64,000 nucleotides of DNA from Mobula hypostoma (Eukaryota): the NCBI RefSeq assembly GCF_963921235.1, contig NC_086097.1, forward strand, positions 2,852,001 through 2,916,000. Direction: 5' to 3'. Below the pieces are notes generated by a model, which saw only the letters and a program-made list of their open reading frames with translations, made no database searches and was not told the DNA's origin. The position numbers and the translations under genes are program-made. Shown piece by piece: positions 62,372 to 64,000 of this stretch; positions within the stretch are counted from its first letter, which is position 1, and each line of letters starts with the position of its first letter.

Positions 62372-63420
62372 ACGTTAGTGTGACACTATTACAGCTTGGG
62401 GCATTGGAGTTCAAAGTTTATATCCTGCTGCTGTCTGTAAGGAGTTTGTACATTCTCACCTTGATTGTGTGTGTTTCCTCCCACAGTCCAAAGACATACC
62501 AACTGGTCATTGTAAATTGTCCTGTGATTGGGCTAGTGTTAAATTGCTGGATGGCGCAGGTCGTTGTAAATTGTCCTGTGATTGGGCTAGTGTTAAATTG
62601 CTGGATGGCGTGGGTCGTTGTAAATTGTCCTGTGATTGGGCTAGTGTTAAATTGCTGGATGGCGCGGGTCGTTGTAAATTGTCCTGTGATTGGGCTAGTG
62701 TTAAATTGCTGGATGGTGCGGGTTGTTGTAAATTGTCCTGTGATTGGGCTAGTGTTAAATTGCTGGATGGCGCGGGTCGTTGTAAATTGTCCTGTGATTG
62801 GGCTAGTGTTAAATTGCTGGATGGTGCGGGTTGTTGTAAATTGTCCTGTGATTGGGCTAGTGTTAAATTGCTGGAAGGTGCGGGTCGTTGTAAATTGTCC
62901 TGTGATTGGGCTAGTGTTAAATTGCTGGATGGCGCGGGTCATTGTAAATTGTCCTGTGATTGGGCTAGTGTTAAATTGCTGGATGGCGCGGGTCGTTGTA
63001 AATTGTCCTGTGATTGGGCTAGTGTTAAATTGCTGGATGGTGCGGGTTGTTGTAAATTATCCTGTGATTGGGCTAGTGTTAAATTGCTGGATGGCGCGGG
63101 TCGTTGTAAATTGTGCTGTGATTGGGCTAGTGTTAAATTGCTGGATGGCGCGGGTCGTTGTAAATTGTCCTGTGATTGGGCTAGTGTTAAATTGCTGGAT
63201 GGCGCGGGTCGTTGTAAATTGTCCTGTGATTGGGCTAGTGTTAAATTGCTGGATGGCGCGGGTTGTTGTAAATTGTCCTGTGATTGGGCTAGTGTTAAAT
63301 TGCTGGATGGCGCGGGTCGTTGTAAATTGTCCTGTGATTGGGCTAGTGTTAAATTGCTGGAAGGTGCAGGTTGTTGGGCTGGAAGGGCCTGTTCTGTGCT
63401 TTATGTCTAAATAAAATAAT
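62372..63420 (+). mobile_element. tRNA-derived SINE carrying an internal minisatellite expansion
   Basis: SINE head 62372-62505 and SINE tail 63375-63420 flank the array. Confidence 0.8.
62506..63375. repeat. Minisatellite, 16 copies of a 54-bp unit
   Basis: tgtaaattgtcctgtgattgggctagtgttaaattgctggatggcgcgggtcgt recurs every 54 bp from 62511 to 63321. Confidence 0.97.
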
Positions 63421-63880
63421 TTAAATACTTTATATTACTCAGATGGAAACGGGTTGGAGATCTAATTTTAATTGTTTTTCAACATATTCCATCTTACCTT
63501 GTGATTCTGCAATCTATCAAAAACAAATTTATGTTGAGCAATCCATAAATTATTTTCCAGCAAACACACGTGTTTGTATTTTAAATGTGTATGTATTTGG
63601 AATATACACGTATTTTGAAAACATTTATGTAATGAAATGGAATGAATCACCAAATGGGTTAATAAAAAGGGAATTGGCAGCTAAGAATGTTTTGTAGATG
63701 AAACCGAATTGTTTGTTAGAATGGACTTTTTTCCTTTTGAATCTAGAATAACTTTCATGATTTAAAATATACACAGATCAAGATTTGTTATGAATAAATT
63801 AATTGTTCAGTTAAATGAAATTGTCACTGAATGATGAATTTTGTTTTTAATAATGTGATTATTTTAAATATCTTTCATAG

Positions 63881-63936
63881 TGTACCATTGTCAGTTGTTG
63901 GAAAGTCTTATGAAATACAAACAAGAAGTGTGGAAA
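63881..63936 (+). CDS. UNC79: UNC79 coding exon 6 (VYHCQLLESLMKYKQEVWK); gene continues beyond window
   Basis: tctttcatAG acceptor, AAA|GTAAGT donor, 56 nt; the six exons total 768 nt = 256 codons with no stop. Confidence 0.95.
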
Positions 63937-64000
63937 GTAAGTAATGTTACAAGAAGCAGAATATCAACATCAGTTAATGACTGTAAATGTGTGTGACAAA

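Noticed and set aside
62506..63375. CRISPR-like array
   Set aside because: Units are contiguous and near-identical with no unique spacers; no cas genes; the unit derives from a SINE in a vertebrate intron.
62314..63414. 366-aa and 313-aa Cys/Trp-rich repeat proteins
   Set aside because: Open frames follow from a stop-free 54-bp unit (multiple of 3); intronic and inside a SINE.

Overview
Eukaryotic (vertebrate) genomic DNA. The repeat content (abundant CR1 LINEs, HE1/V-type tRNA SINEs, Penelope-like elements) suggests a cartilaginous fish, probably a ray; this is inference. The only host gene I can support is the 5' part of UNC79 (NALCN channelosome subunit) on the + strand: a CpG-rich promoter near 12.25-12.8 kb and six GT-AG coding exons (12693-12714, 41355-41475, 50915-51219, 56678-56848, 57998-58090, 63881-63936). 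These splice in frame into 256 codons (MSTKAEQFASKVRYLQEYHNRV...YKQEVWK), and the gene continues past the window. Most of the rest is nested transposable-element material: CR1 and Rex1/Babar LINEs, Penelope-like elements, a non-autonomous RTE-like element, a Gmr1-like Gypsy element with SCAN-domain gag, two solo LTRs, Tc1/mariner and hAT elements, SINEs, and a 16 x 54 bp minisatellite inside a SINE. The most notable signals are RNA-level: a hand-folded HDV-like ribozyme with an atypical hairpin in L3 at the 5' end of the RTE-like element, minimal hammerhead motifs in Penelope termini, an in-frame internal splice acceptor in UNC79 exon 3, and a uORF-dense UNC79 leader. I see no prokaryote-type system (no CRISPR, no operon). 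Family assignments come from motif recognition and memory, not database searches, and many TE boundaries are approximate.
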